Program-made: the position numbers and the translations under genes | The notes under the pieces: model-generated | Seen by the model: only the letters and a program-made list of their open reading frames with translations | Database searches by the model: none | Told to the model about the DNA's origin: nothing | Shown here: positions 16,855 through 25,455 of the stretch, in pieces | How the letters are laid out: each line of letters begins with the position of its first letter | Numbering within the stretch: position 1 is the stretch's first letter | Source of the DNA: Cuniculiplasma divulgatum | GTDB taxonomy: Archaea > Thermoplasmatota > Thermoplasmata > Thermoplasmatales > Thermoplasmataceae | NCBI RefSeq assembly: GCF_900083515.1 | Contig: NZ_LT671858.1 | Span: 1,620,001 to 1,652,000 of the forward strand | Length of the DNA stretch: 32,000 bases | Reading direction: 5' to 3'

Positions 16855-17417
16855 CAGACATAAGATATATTAGAAATGATGTATCTTCCAAAGAATGAAA
16901 AATGTCCAATCTATCTCTTATCATAACATGTTTCTTCCGATTTCTCTTTTTCATTGATATTATCCCCTTGTTTCCCGTTGAATATTAGATCGCCAGCAAA
17001 ATTCACCTACCACTATTTATATCATTAAGTGGAATTGCATATCTATTGCCCATGAAGTTTGTCCGCGAAGTAATAATATATATTTAATAAATCATAAGCA
17101 GTATGCATGAGAATGTATTCATGACCTAGAATAGAATCTATACTTCAGGTTTTTCTGAGAGAATTTTATGGCAGAAAATTTTAATCAGTTTAAGGGTGTT
17201 CTTTCCTTCAAATTAAATCAATACATATTAGGCAAGCGCATCACCTGATTTGATAGGGTAATTTCATGTTTAATCTCAGTCTATTGGTGGATATAACAGT
17301 AAATTGAGGTAAATAGAAAATATTTGTTAGCCTTCATCCTGCCATACGAAGCGGGAAATTGAGATGCCAACTGCCTGAGTTAGTCTAATTTTATGTTAAA
17401 AAATGATGATTTAAAGA

Positions 17418-18158
17418 ATGAAAAGTGTTTATAACCCTTTTACATTTATAATACAGATGCTAGGAAATGAAGGTAACTTGAAAACACTGAGTTGCGAAAA
17501 TATTCTTGGAAGGGAATTAAATGATGTGGAAAAAAAGTATGCACCTCAGAAGCTCTTTGTAAAGGGATCAATTCCTTTACCCATATATAAACCTAGGATA
17601 TCAGTTGTTGGAACCAGGAAGCCCTCTGAAGTTGGAATAAATATTACCAAGAACTTGGTCAGATTGTTAGTTAAAAATGGTATTGCTATATTTAGTGGGT
17701 TGGCACGAGGAATAGATACTGTTGCGCACAAAACAGCAATAGAAGAAAATGGTGATACCATTGCGGTGCTGGGTACTCCAATTAATCGTTATTACCCACC
17801 TGAAAATAAAGAATTACAAGAACTCATGGAAAGAAGACAGCTGGTTATAAGCCAATTTGACATGGGTCACTATACTAACAAAAGGGACTTTTTAACGAGA
17901 AACAGACTAATGGCACTTCTCTCTGATATTACTATAATAATGGAGGCAGGTGAAGTAAGTGGCTCAATTTCTCAGGGATGGGAGACACTAAGATTGGGTA
18001 GAAAGCTTTACATATGTTCTCCTACTTTTGAGAATGAAAGCCTTGAATGGCCAAGGGAAATGCAAAAATATGGTGCAAACGAACTTGATATAGGTAATGT
18101 TGAACTGATATTAGAAGAAACATCAAATTATGTTAAGGCAAGTATGGATGATCAGTAA
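17418..18158 (+). CDS. DprA/Smf-like Rossmann (SLOG superfamily) protein, minimal single-domain form; ShosA-like
   Basis: 246-aa ORF. ISVVGTRKPS, SGLARGIDTVAHKTAIEENGDTIAVLGTPINRYYPPENKEL, LVISQF and FLTRNRLMALLSD match the DprA core. It lacks the N-terminal SAM and C-terminal winged-helix extensions of long DprAs. Confidence 0.8.
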   Translation: MKSVYNPFTFIIQMLGNEGNLKTLSCENILGRELNDVEKKYAPQKLFVKGSIPLPIYKPRISVVGTRKPSEVGINITKNLVRLLVKNGIAIFSGLARGIDTVAHKTAIEENGDTIAVLGTPINRYYPPENKELQELMERRQLVISQFDMGHYTNKRDFLTRNRLMALLSDITIIMEAGEVSGSISQGWETLRLGRKLYICSPTFENESLEWPREMQKYGANELDIGNVELILEETSNYVKASMDDQ

Positions 18159-18879
18159 CAAAAATGAACTTCATTATATTTCCATACTCTCATATCTGCC
18201 AAAAAAATACCTTCAAAGTATAACAGATAAAGACACTCTTAAGGATGCAATAAAATCAATTGATATAATGAGAACCTTGAAACAAAACCTTCATGTGATA
18301 TCTCAAGGAAAGAGCATTCCCATCACAGAATGGTTGACTCATTATATCACACATGCAAATCAAGATAATTTAGGTTTAGACTTTGATAATTTTTTTAGGT
18401 CAGACACTGTATTAATCCCTGTCCCCAGAAGCATTATTATTAAAAAGGATACTCTTTGGGTTCCTAAAGACATCGCTACTACTTTCAGCAAAAAGATGAA
18501 CTTAAAAATGATCCCTCTTCTAACGAGATTAACTCCAGTTAATGTTTCTTCTAAAAGTTTACCTAATAATAGACCTAAACCACTCGATCACTTTAATTCC
18601 TTATCATTATCAAAAGGCATGGATAGTCAAATTAGAAACATAGTAACAAATAAATTGGGAATTATTCTTGTGGATGACGTGATAACGAGAGGTTCCACTT
18701 TAATGGGATGTTACTGGAAAATTTTGGAAATTTTTAAATCGTATCAGTATTACCCACAAATATCGGGCTTTTGTGCAATGAGAACTATTAGTAATAGTCT
18801 TGAGTTTAGGAAACCAATTGACCCCCACGAAGGAGATATTACATATAGAGATTCAAATGGTGATACCTTGAGAACGTGA
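18130..18879 (+). CDS. ComF-like phosphoribosyltransferase-domain protein; ShosT-like
   Basis: 249-aa ORF. Canonical PRPP-binding loop LGIILVDDVITRGSTLMG, preceded by a ComF-like LIPVPRS box. There is no N-terminal Cys4 zinc finger. It overlaps the DprA-like gene by 29 nt, or by 11 nt if the ATG at 18148 is used. Confidence 0.75.
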   Translation: MLRQVWMISNKNELHYISILSYLPKKYLQSITDKDTLKDAIKSIDIMRTLKQNLHVISQGKSIPITEWLTHYITHANQDNLGLDFDNFFRSDTVLIPVPRSIIIKKDTLWVPKDIATTFSKKMNLKMIPLLTRLTPVNVSSKSLPNNRPKPLDHFNSLSLSKGMDSQIRNIVTNKLGIILVDDVITRGSTLMGCYWKILEIFKSYQYYPQISGFCAMRTISNSLEFRKPIDPHEGDITYRDSNGDTLRT

Positions 18880-19051
18880 TTGACACACAGAGAAACCATC
18901 GTGGAAATGGTATCATGATTTTGCCTTAAATTTCAAGAAAGTGTAAGAAGTCTAGATGAAAGATGAGTTTGGTCTATTCAGTTTCGATTAAATGGACATA
19001 TAGAACTCATTCATGAAAAATAATTAAATCACAATCAGCATATACCCCATA

Positions 19052-19876
19052 ATGAAATTAATCGAGAATTGGTTTTCGGAAAGGTATTCAGATAACCTTC
19101 AGCTGTCTTTTAGAGTTAGTGATCAGTTGTTATCAGTAAAAACTGATTTCCAGAGAATTGACGTTTTTGAAACCTACGATTTTGGAAAACTACTTTCCAT
19201 AGACGGAACTGTTCAGCTAACAGAAAAAGATGAATTCGTTTATCATGACATGATAACAAGGATGCCCTTTTACTATGCAGATAAGATACCTGAAAAAGCA
19301 CTGATAATTGGGGGTGGAGATGGAGGAGCTGCTGGGGAATTATTGAAGCTTGGACTTAAATCCATAATTAATGTTGAGATCGATGGCCAGGTTGTAGAAG
19401 TCTGCAGGAAGCATTTTCCAAAATTAACTGCTTCATTCAATGATCCTAAGGTGAAACTTATTGTGGATGATGGAATAAAGTATGCAAGGAACACAAAGGA
19501 AAAATTTGATATTATAATTGTAGATTCCACTGATCCTGTAGGTCCAGCAGAAGATCTATTTAATGAAGAGTTTTACTCCAATGTATCCAGAATTCTGAAT
19601 GATGGTGGAGTGGTAGTTACCCAGTCTGGATCACCATTCTACCAGCCCAGGGGAATTGAACTGGCCAATAAAGGAATGAGAAAATCCTTCCCTCATGTGG
19701 CAAGTTATGTGGCATTCATTCCAACCTATCCAAGTGGCTTCTGGAGTTTTACCATGGCAAAGAAAAGCCAGATTAAACTTAGAACAGAAAATGTGGAGAA
19801 GGGTGAATATTTCAATCTTGAAATAGCAAAATCAAGTTTTGCACTTCCAGAGTTTGCAAAAAAACTCACGCTTTGA
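19052..19876 (+). CDS. speE: Spermidine synthase / polyamine aminopropyltransferase
   Basis: 274-aa [34 protein letters not shown] and [16 protein letters not shown]. Confidence 0.92.
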   Translation: MKLIENWFSERYSDNLQLSFRVSDQLLSVKTDFQRIDVFETYDFGKLLSIDGTVQLTEKDEFVYHDMITRMPFYYADKIPEKALIIGGGDGGAAGELLKLGLKSIINVEIDGQVVEVCRKHFPKLTASFNDPKVKLIVDDGIKYARNTKEKFDIIIVDSTDPVGPAEDLFNEEFYSNVSRILNDGGVVVTQSGSPFYQPRGIELANKGMRKSFPHVASYVAFIPTYPSGFWSFTMAKKSQIKLRTENVEKGEYFNLEIAKSSFALPEFAKKLTL

Positions 19877-20243
19877 TTTTCCAGAAACTCTTCTTATTTT
19901 GTAGCATCTGCTGGTAGAGGCTACCATGCTCCCTTGCAATTTTTTCCAGTTTTTTCATGTTTTTCATAAAGTGAGATTTACTATCTGAGTTGATATTTTT
20001 CATGAAGAATCTGTCATCATCAATCCACTTATACACATAGTACAGGAAAGCCCCGCTTACGAATAAAGAAATGATAAATACCCAGTCGTTCCAGTTTCCT
20101 ATGGTGTTCATCCCAAATGAGTATGTGTTTACTGCTCCGTTGTGGAAGAAAATGTAATTTGTCGAAAATAGCAGGAATATTAATCCAACCACTGCAATTA
20201 CAAGATAGAAATATAGTGAGAATTCTCTTAATTTTGATGCCAT
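19866..20243 (-). CDS. Small membrane protein, hypothetical (two predicted TM helices, basic C-terminal tail)
   Basis: 125-aa ORF. Hydrophobic segments [16 protein letters not shown] and [18 protein letters not shown]. Same strand and close spacing with the upstream rdgB-like gene. Its 3' end overlaps the speE 3' end by 11 nt (convergent). Confidence 0.5.
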   Translation of the reverse strand: MASKLREFSLYFYLVIAVVGLIFLLFSTNYIFFHNGAVNTYSFGMNTIGNWNDWVFIISLFVSGAFLYYVYKWIDDDRFFMKNINSDSKSHFMKNMKKLEKIAREHGSLYQQMLQNKKSFWKIKA

Positions 20244-20275
20244 CAGTCAACACATATATATTTTAAATTATAAAC

Positions 20276-20827
20276 TTAGTCCTCTATTCCTAGATAACTG
20301 ATAAAACTCCTTAAGGCATTGATCCTGTGAGAATGCTGATTCTTTTCCTCAATGCTCATTTCTGCCAGTGTTTTTTCGCAGTTTTCCGGTACAAATACTG
20401 GATCGAATCCAAATCCTGTTTTGCCCTTTTCTTCCTCTGCAATTTTCCCATTCAATTTTCCCTGAAATGTCAGAACATTCGCTCCATCGAAATAAGAAAT
20501 AACTGTCAGGAAATAGGCTGATCTTTCTTTATTTTTCAGGAGATCCAGAATTCCTTCGTTTCCTATTGTCTTTGAAATATACGATGAATATGGCCCTGGA
20601 AACCCCTTAAGTGAATTTATATACAATCCTGTGTCTTCCAGAAAGAATTTATCATCCATCTGTCTGGACAATTTCACTGCACTGTCCCTTGATATTTCCT
20701 CTGTTGATTCTCCCTGAATTTCCTCGTATTTCATCTTTACCCACTGGCATTCGATTCCAAGTTGTCCAAGAAATGCCGATATTTCATTGTATTTATGCAT
20801 GTTACTTGTGAGAAATTTTAACTTCAT
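20276..20827 (-). CDS. Non-canonical purine NTP pyrophosphatase (RdgB/HAM1/ITPase family)
   Basis: 183-aa ORF. FLTSNMHKYNEI, EDTGLYINSLKGFPGPYSS, GFGFDPVF and SHRINAL. Confidence 0.88.
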   Translation of the reverse strand: MKLKFLTSNMHKYNEISAFLGQLGIECQWVKMKYEEIQGESTEEISRDSAVKLSRQMDDKFFLEDTGLYINSLKGFPGPYSSYISKTIGNEGILDLLKNKERSAYFLTVISYFDGANVLTFQGKLNGKIAEEEKGKTGFGFDPVFVPENCEKTLAEMSIEEKNQHSHRINALRSFISYLGIED

Positions 20828-22404
20828 GCATATCTCCTCCTTTTCTCTATATCATGAAGCACATTTATTACCTCGTTGCTAGTTTCACTCATTTTGCGGT
20901 AAATTTCTTCAAATCTATCATATGGCTCGCTTCCGTAAATTGAAATCATGCTTTCCTTCAGAAGTCTTATATCATATGCCTTATCGGTAACCGTTTTTGA
21001 TATTTTTCCCATGCTTGGGTCAAGAATGTAAAGTGTGTTATCATGTATGATCATATTGTTCAATGTCAGATCTCCATGAATTATATCCCTTTCGTGGAGC
21101 TTTGAAACAGATTCTGCTATCTCTTCCAACAGTTTCTTATCCATTTTTTCAATGTTTGACGCCTGAGTTCCATGTATTTTTTCCATCTCAAAACTTACTC
21201 TGTCTTCATTAATTGAAAATACAGCAGGTACATTTATGCCTGCTTCCATCATTCTGTGGAGCATTACTATTTCATTTTTCATTCTTTTATTTCTCAGTTT
21301 TAGATCCAGTTCTACATTCCTGTAAGACTTTCTTATTCTTTCCTTTACTATTGAATCATAGTCGTGGAATTTTCCCTCAGTTATAACAGATTCTGCCCCC
21401 CTGTTGCTATATATAATATTCATCTCCGAAACCCATGGAGTGTTAACTTCATCAATTCTATACATCTGGTCAATTGCAGTATCTTCAATCTTCTGTGACC
21501 CAAAATTGTTATATGTGAGAATTGCAGCCTGTCCTATCATCGCACCATTATCCATACAGTATTTTTCCGGTGTTTCAAAAACCCTGATCTCAAGATCGTC
21601 TGCCATTCTTGAAATCATTTCCTTCAATCTGCTGTTTCTTGCAACCCCACCTGCCAGGAGTATTTCATTTTTTCCCGATGTGTATAACGCTCTCTCAAGA
21701 GTTTCTACAAGCATGGAGAACGATATTTCCTGAATGCTGAATGAGACATCATTTTCGCTCTCCCCCTTTTTTAGTAAATTTTTTGCCGCCGTGTATATGC
21801 CAGAAAATGAGCAGTCCATTCCATTGACTGAATATGGAAGATCAAGTAGTCTTGATCCATTGAGTGCCATTCTTTCAATTTCGGGTCCACCCGGAAATGG
21901 AAATCCCATATCTCTGGCTATTTTGTCCAGCATATTTCCAATTCCGATGTCAAGTGTTTCACCAAATACCCTGTATCTACCGTTCTTGTGTGCTATTATC
22001 TGTGTATTACCCCCTGAAACGTATAGCATTACTGGGTCATTTGCACCAGTTTCCCTCCTTCCGATTTCTATGTGCCCAAGAGGGTGATTTACCCCTACAA
22101 TTGGTATATGGAGCTTTAACGCCATAGCCCTGGCAGCAACTGCTGTTATTTTCAGCGATGGAGGGAGACCTGGACCTTTTGAAAATCCCACCATTTCTAT
22201 GTCATTTTCCGAGAATCCAGATTCCTTGATTGCAGTATGAATTACATCAACAACATTTTCAAAATGAAAATTTGCAGCTTCTCGGGGATTTATTCCACCC
22301 TTTTCCGGTTTATATGTTCTGGATACCATGGAGTATATTTGTTTCTCATCCAGTATGGATGCGCTTGTAGTATGAGCTGTGCCCTCAAGTCCCAGAGTTA
22401 GCAT
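20824..22404 (-). CDS. kae1-bud32: Bifunctional Kae1-Bud32 fusion (tRNA t6A threonylcarbamoyltransferase plus Bud32 kinase/ATPase)
   Basis: 526-aa ORF. N-terminal LGLEGTAHTTSASI, VNHPLGHIEIG (His metal site) and GGVARNSRL. The C-terminal roughly 200 aa have the Bud32 catalytic loop IHGDLTLNNMII and ILDPSMG. Its TGA overlaps the ATG of the downstream rdgB-like gene (ATGA, 20824-20827). Confidence 0.9.
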   Translation of the reverse strand: MLTLGLEGTAHTTSASILDEKQIYSMVSRTYKPEKGGINPREAANFHFENVVDVIHTAIKESGFSENDIEMVGFSKGPGLPPSLKITAVAARAMALKLHIPIVGVNHPLGHIEIGRRETGANDPVMLYVSGGNTQIIAHKNGRYRVFGETLDIGIGNMLDKIARDMGFPFPGGPEIERMALNGSRLLDLPYSVNGMDCSFSGIYTAAKNLLKKGESENDVSFSIQEISFSMLVETLERALYTSGKNEILLAGGVARNSRLKEMISRMADDLEIRVFETPEKYCMDNGAMIGQAAILTYNNFGSQKIEDTAIDQMYRIDEVNTPWVSEMNIIYSNRGAESVITEGKFHDYDSIVKERIRKSYRNVELDLKLRNKRMKNEIVMLHRMMEAGINVPAVFSINEDRVSFEMEKIHGTQASNIEKMDKKLLEEIAESVSKLHERDIIHGDLTLNNMIIHDNTLYILDPSMGKISKTVTDKAYDIRLLKESMISIYGSEPYDRFEEIYRKMSETSNEVINVLHDIEKRRRYA

Positions 22405-22439
22405 TGAAATGCATATGTCAGATCTTTATTTAATTATGA

Positions 22440-23657
22440 TCAGGCCTTATTGTAAGTAAAAAGAGCGTATATTGTGGCAATGAAGAGTATTCCAGCTCCT
22501 ATTGAACCGTAAGCAAGTGTTTTGAGCCTGTTCTTTAAGGTTCTGGTTGCAACGGAACCTGCGAAAACCATGGATGCAACAGCTGATGAAGTGGTACTTA
22601 ACCTGTATAATATGTCTAAATTAGAAATATGACCATGAAAATGAAATCCAATCATGCTGAATATAGCGGGTATGAATCCCCTGAAATGTAACACTTCAAG
22701 AAAGATAAGTCCCTTTAGGAGAATAACTACAAGAAATACAATTGGAAGGGTGTATGTGAATATCTGCTCAAACTTATAGAATTTATTTGCTTTTTTCAGA
22801 GAGCCGTTTCTTAGACTCTTGAAGAATGTTCTCCATCCAGTCCTCGACCATCTTATGTTCTGTTTCATATAACTTTTTATGCTGTCCTTGGGGAGGGTTG
22901 TTACCCTTGCTTCAAAGGATTTTGTAGCGACATAGCCCTTACCAATTATGTATGAGGTAAGGTCTGCATCGTCACCACCTCCATAATATGGAATGTTTCC
23001 CTGAATCTTGAAATCATAAAATTCTGGTGATGTTATGTATTTTCCAACCACATCCATCCTGTAAGATCCGAAGCCACCATCTATCAGCATTACACTTCCG
23101 AAATGCTTCATTGATCTCTGGATGATTTCCTTTGATCTCTCTATGAATTGAGAGGCATAGGATACAAACTTACCATCCATGGTGTCAAATGTTATATTAC
23201 CGCCAACACCTCCTACTCTGGGCGAGTATTCTTTCATGATATTTCCGATGGCATCAGATTCAGGGATCATATCCCCATCCATGAACACTACCACTTTCGT
23301 CTTTACTTTTGAAACTCCAAGAGCCATTGCTTTTCTTTTTCCTGAATGTATTCCAGTGGATAGAAAGGTAACACCTTCATCCCTGCACATGGAAAGATAT
23401 GGTTGCTCAACACCATCCCCTACTACTATTATTTCACTGACCTGATCTCTGACTGAAGCTATGGCCCTTTTCAGATGCTCCACTGATTCGTTGAACACAG
23501 TTATAACAATAGTTGCATCCTGCGGTGTTAATCCCTCGGATTTTTCTTTAGGTGTATTCCTTTTTCTTGAAAGATATGAATTTAAAAGGTAATATGTAAC
23601 GGAGAGTACGGATGAAACCGCCGTGATGGTAATAAAAAGGAGGAATTCTATTCGCAT
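22440..23657 (-). CDS. Membrane-integrated family 2 glycosyltransferase, NodC/hyaluronan/chitin-synthase-like (processive type)
   Basis: 405-aa ORF. N-terminal TM helix, VITVFNE, FMDGDM (DxD), GGGDDADLTSYI (equivalent of the GDDR/GEDR-x-LT box) and QNIRWSRTGW (QxxRW). The C-terminal third is hydrophobic. Confidence 0.75.
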   Translation of the reverse strand: MRIEFLLFITITAVSSVLSVTYYLLNSYLSRKRNTPKEKSEGLTPQDATIVITVFNESVEHLKRAIASVRDQVSEIIVVGDGVEQPYLSMCRDEGVTFLSTGIHSGKRKAMALGVSKVKTKVVVFMDGDMIPESDAIGNIMKEYSPRVGGVGGNITFDTMDGKFVSYASQFIERSKEIIQRSMKHFGSVMLIDGGFGSYRMDVVGKYITSPEFYDFKIQGNIPYYGGGDDADLTSYIIGKGYVATKSFEARVTTLPKDSIKSYMKQNIRWSRTGWRTFFKSLRNGSLKKANKFYKFEQIFTYTLPIVFLVVILLKGLIFLEVLHFRGFIPAIFSMIGFHFHGHISNLDILYRLSTTSSAVASMVFAGSVATRTLKNRLKTLAYGSIGAGILFIATIYALFTYNKA

Positions 23658-23748
23658 TTAATACTATAGTATATTACTGAGTAATACTAATAAGTTAGTG
23701 GTACGACTATTTAGTACATATAGTCTCTGTATCTGTATTTAACGAAAA

Positions 23749-24654
23749 TCAGTTGAAGACAGGTTCCTTTTCTCTGACAAATGTGCCATTTCTCAGATCT
23801 TTAAGTGCTTCGTTCAACTGTTCCCTTGTATTCATGACCACAGGGCCATACCACTCAATATGTTCATCGGTGGGATTTCCTGCTATAAACATTATATCGC
23901 TTTCCCTTTCCCTTCCCTTAATTTCTATGTAGTCTCCGTTCCTCGAAAATATGAAAGCTTTTCTTTCTGTCATCTCTGTTTCTCCATTTATCCTCACATT
24001 ACCGGAAAAGTTGAACATAATGGCCCTCTTTCTTTCGAGGTTACTCAGTTCGATGCTGTCCCCTTCCTTTATCTTTATATGATAATAATGAAGACTGAGG
24101 TCGTATGGAGATCTGTATGGCCCGGTGGCGTCTCCAAATTCTCCGGCAAATACCTTTACAATCGATCCGTTATCCGTTTTGTACTGAGGTATATCAGATG
24201 ATTTGTAATATGCATATTCTGGTGTTTTCATCTTTCTTTCTGCTGGGGTGTTCACCCATAACTGCAACCCCAGAACTGTCCTGTCGAAGTTTTTATCGTT
24301 ACTCCCTTTCATATTTAATGATGCTGGCATTTCCTGGTGAAAAATACCACTACCAGCACTCATATCCTGTACATCACCTGGATAGATGGTGCCCTTATTT
24401 CCGTTGCTATCCTCATGATCCGTTTTACCCTTTACCTGGTATGTGATGGTCTCAATTCCTCTGTGAGGATGCCATGGAAATCCCTTTTCGTACTCCGATG
24501 GTTCAGATGAGCCGAAATAATCAAGCAGAAGAAATGGGTCGGTGTATTCAAATGTAGAAGGCCCGCCAAAAACTCTCAGAAGCCTGACACCTGCACCATC
24601 TATTGTGTAATTACCACTCATTTCAGCTTCAATAGATTTGCTTTTGATATTCAT
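23749..24654 (-). CDS. Pirin family protein (bicupin)
   Basis: 301-aa ORF. FPWHPHRGIETITYQVKG and GDVQDMSAGSGIFHQEMP are characteristic pirin N-terminal cupin boxes. Confidence 0.88.
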   Translation of the reverse strand: MNIKSKSIEAEMSGNYTIDGAGVRLLRVFGGPSTFEYTDPFLLLDYFGSSEPSEYEKGFPWHPHRGIETITYQVKGKTDHEDSNGNKGTIYPGDVQDMSAGSGIFHQEMPASLNMKGSNDKNFDRTVLGLQLWVNTPAERKMKTPEYAYYKSSDIPQYKTDNGSIVKVFAGEFGDATGPYRSPYDLSLHYYHIKIKEGDSIELSNLERKRAIMFNFSGNVRINGETEMTERKAFIFSRNGDYIEIKGRERESDIMFIAGNPTDEHIEWYGPVVMNTREQLNEALKDLRNGTFVREKEPVFN

Positions 24655-24729
24655 ATATAAGGAATCAAAAAATGAGAATAAGCATTATCGTTTTGTTTTA
24701 CTTTTGTTACCTAATTTACTTTTTGGCAA

Positions 24730-25401
24730 CTACCTTGCATTTTTCCTGAATAAAGTTTCCATAATCTTTTTCTCAGCATTTCTTATGTGATATAGTGTGG
24801 TAACCTTTGATGCTCCATTGTCTAAAGAAATCTCTTCCAGCCCATTTTTTCTGGGCCATTCATAATAGCCCGAATTAATGGCAACCTTCAGGGTTTCAAT
24901 TTCCCTGTCTGTCAAACCATACAATGACGGGGAGGCACTGTGCAGAATATTTCCAGAGATTATATCTGATATGGATACCCTGTCGATAATCTGCCTTTCC
25001 ACAACATTTTCTCTTCCAACTTTATCAACTATATTCTCAAGATCTGCCCTGAATCTTGATACCAGACGGAAATTCTCTATTCCATTTCTTGCAATTATAG
25101 GGAAGAGCATAAAAACATCCTGATTCATCACTGCCTTTAACATTCCATGCCCTATCTTATATGAATCAACAAACATGTTTCCCTTTAATGTTGATGTTTC
25201 ATAACTCCTGAAATCACCCTTTAACACTTCTAATACCTGATCACTTTCTCTTTTGGCGACTGTCAAAATAACGTGGTTCAGGTTTCCCTTTATAATTCTT
25301 GCATTCTGGATCAGAATCGAGTCTGGACTATAACCACTGGCATTTGCTATGCTGCATTTACCTCCGACTCCCATTTCTAAATAATACAATGCGCTATGCA
25401 T
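24730..25401 (-). CDS. HTH_10 (bacterio-opsin activator-like) transcriptional regulator
   Basis: C-terminal LTDREIETLKVAINSGYYEWPRKNGLEEISLDNGASKVTTLYHIRNAEKKIME matches the archaeal HTH_10 pattern. The ORF track start at 25437 is a GTG. I prefer the ATG at 25401. Divergent from the leuC-like gene. Confidence 0.7.
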   Translation of the reverse strand: MHSALYYLEMGVGGKCSIANASGYSPDSILIQNARIIKGNLNHVILTVAKRESDQVLEVLKGDFRSYETSTLKGNMFVDSYKIGHGMLKAVMNQDVFMLFPIIARNGIENFRLVSRFRADLENIVDKVGRENVVERQIIDRVSISDIISGNILHSASPSLYGLTDREIETLKVAINSGYYEWPRKNGLEEISLDNGASKVTTLYHIRNAEKKIMETLFRKNAR

Positions 25402-25455
25402 GAAGTGGATAAACTTAAATCTTTTGAAGGTGCCCACTGCATATTAATAGTATGA

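Noticed and set aside
16793-16954. 53-codon minus-strand ORF (MKKRNRKKHVMIRDRLDIFHSLEDTS...) in the long spacer
   Set aside because: It is too short and unrecognisable to call as a gene. It is kept only as part of the possible decayed-gene pattern in the finding for 16653-17417.
17088-19040. Imperfect direct repeat TAAATCATAAGCAGTAT (17088-17104) versus TAAATCACAATCAGCAT (19024-19040) flanking the DprA/PRTase pair, considered as possible att-like insertion boundaries
   Set aside because: Only 14 of 17 positions match in AT-rich DNA, which is easily chance. No integrase or tRNA target is present.
20029-20253. 74-aa ORF overlapping the 125-aa membrane-protein ORF on the same strand in another frame; likewise 30167-30499 inside the MFS gene and 27198-27395 at the CoA-transferase 3' end
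   Set aside because: These are alternative-frame overlaps with better-supported ORFs. The translations have no TM or domain logic.
21404-22127. + strand ORFs of 109, 117 and 87 aa opposite kae1-bud32; similar antisense ORFs at 23179-23445, 23860-24446, 24878-25123, 25668-25985, 26316-26804, 27783-28085, 28588-29116 and 29747-29998
   Set aside because: Each lies wholly within a longer opposite-strand gene that has recognisable family motifs.
23661-23672. Perfect 12-bp palindrome ATACTATAGTAT, 4 nt upstream of the GT2 start codon
   Set aside because: It is composed almost entirely of TA steps within a TATA-rich promoter region and is likely compositional. It is worth a look only if TSS data place it in an operator position.
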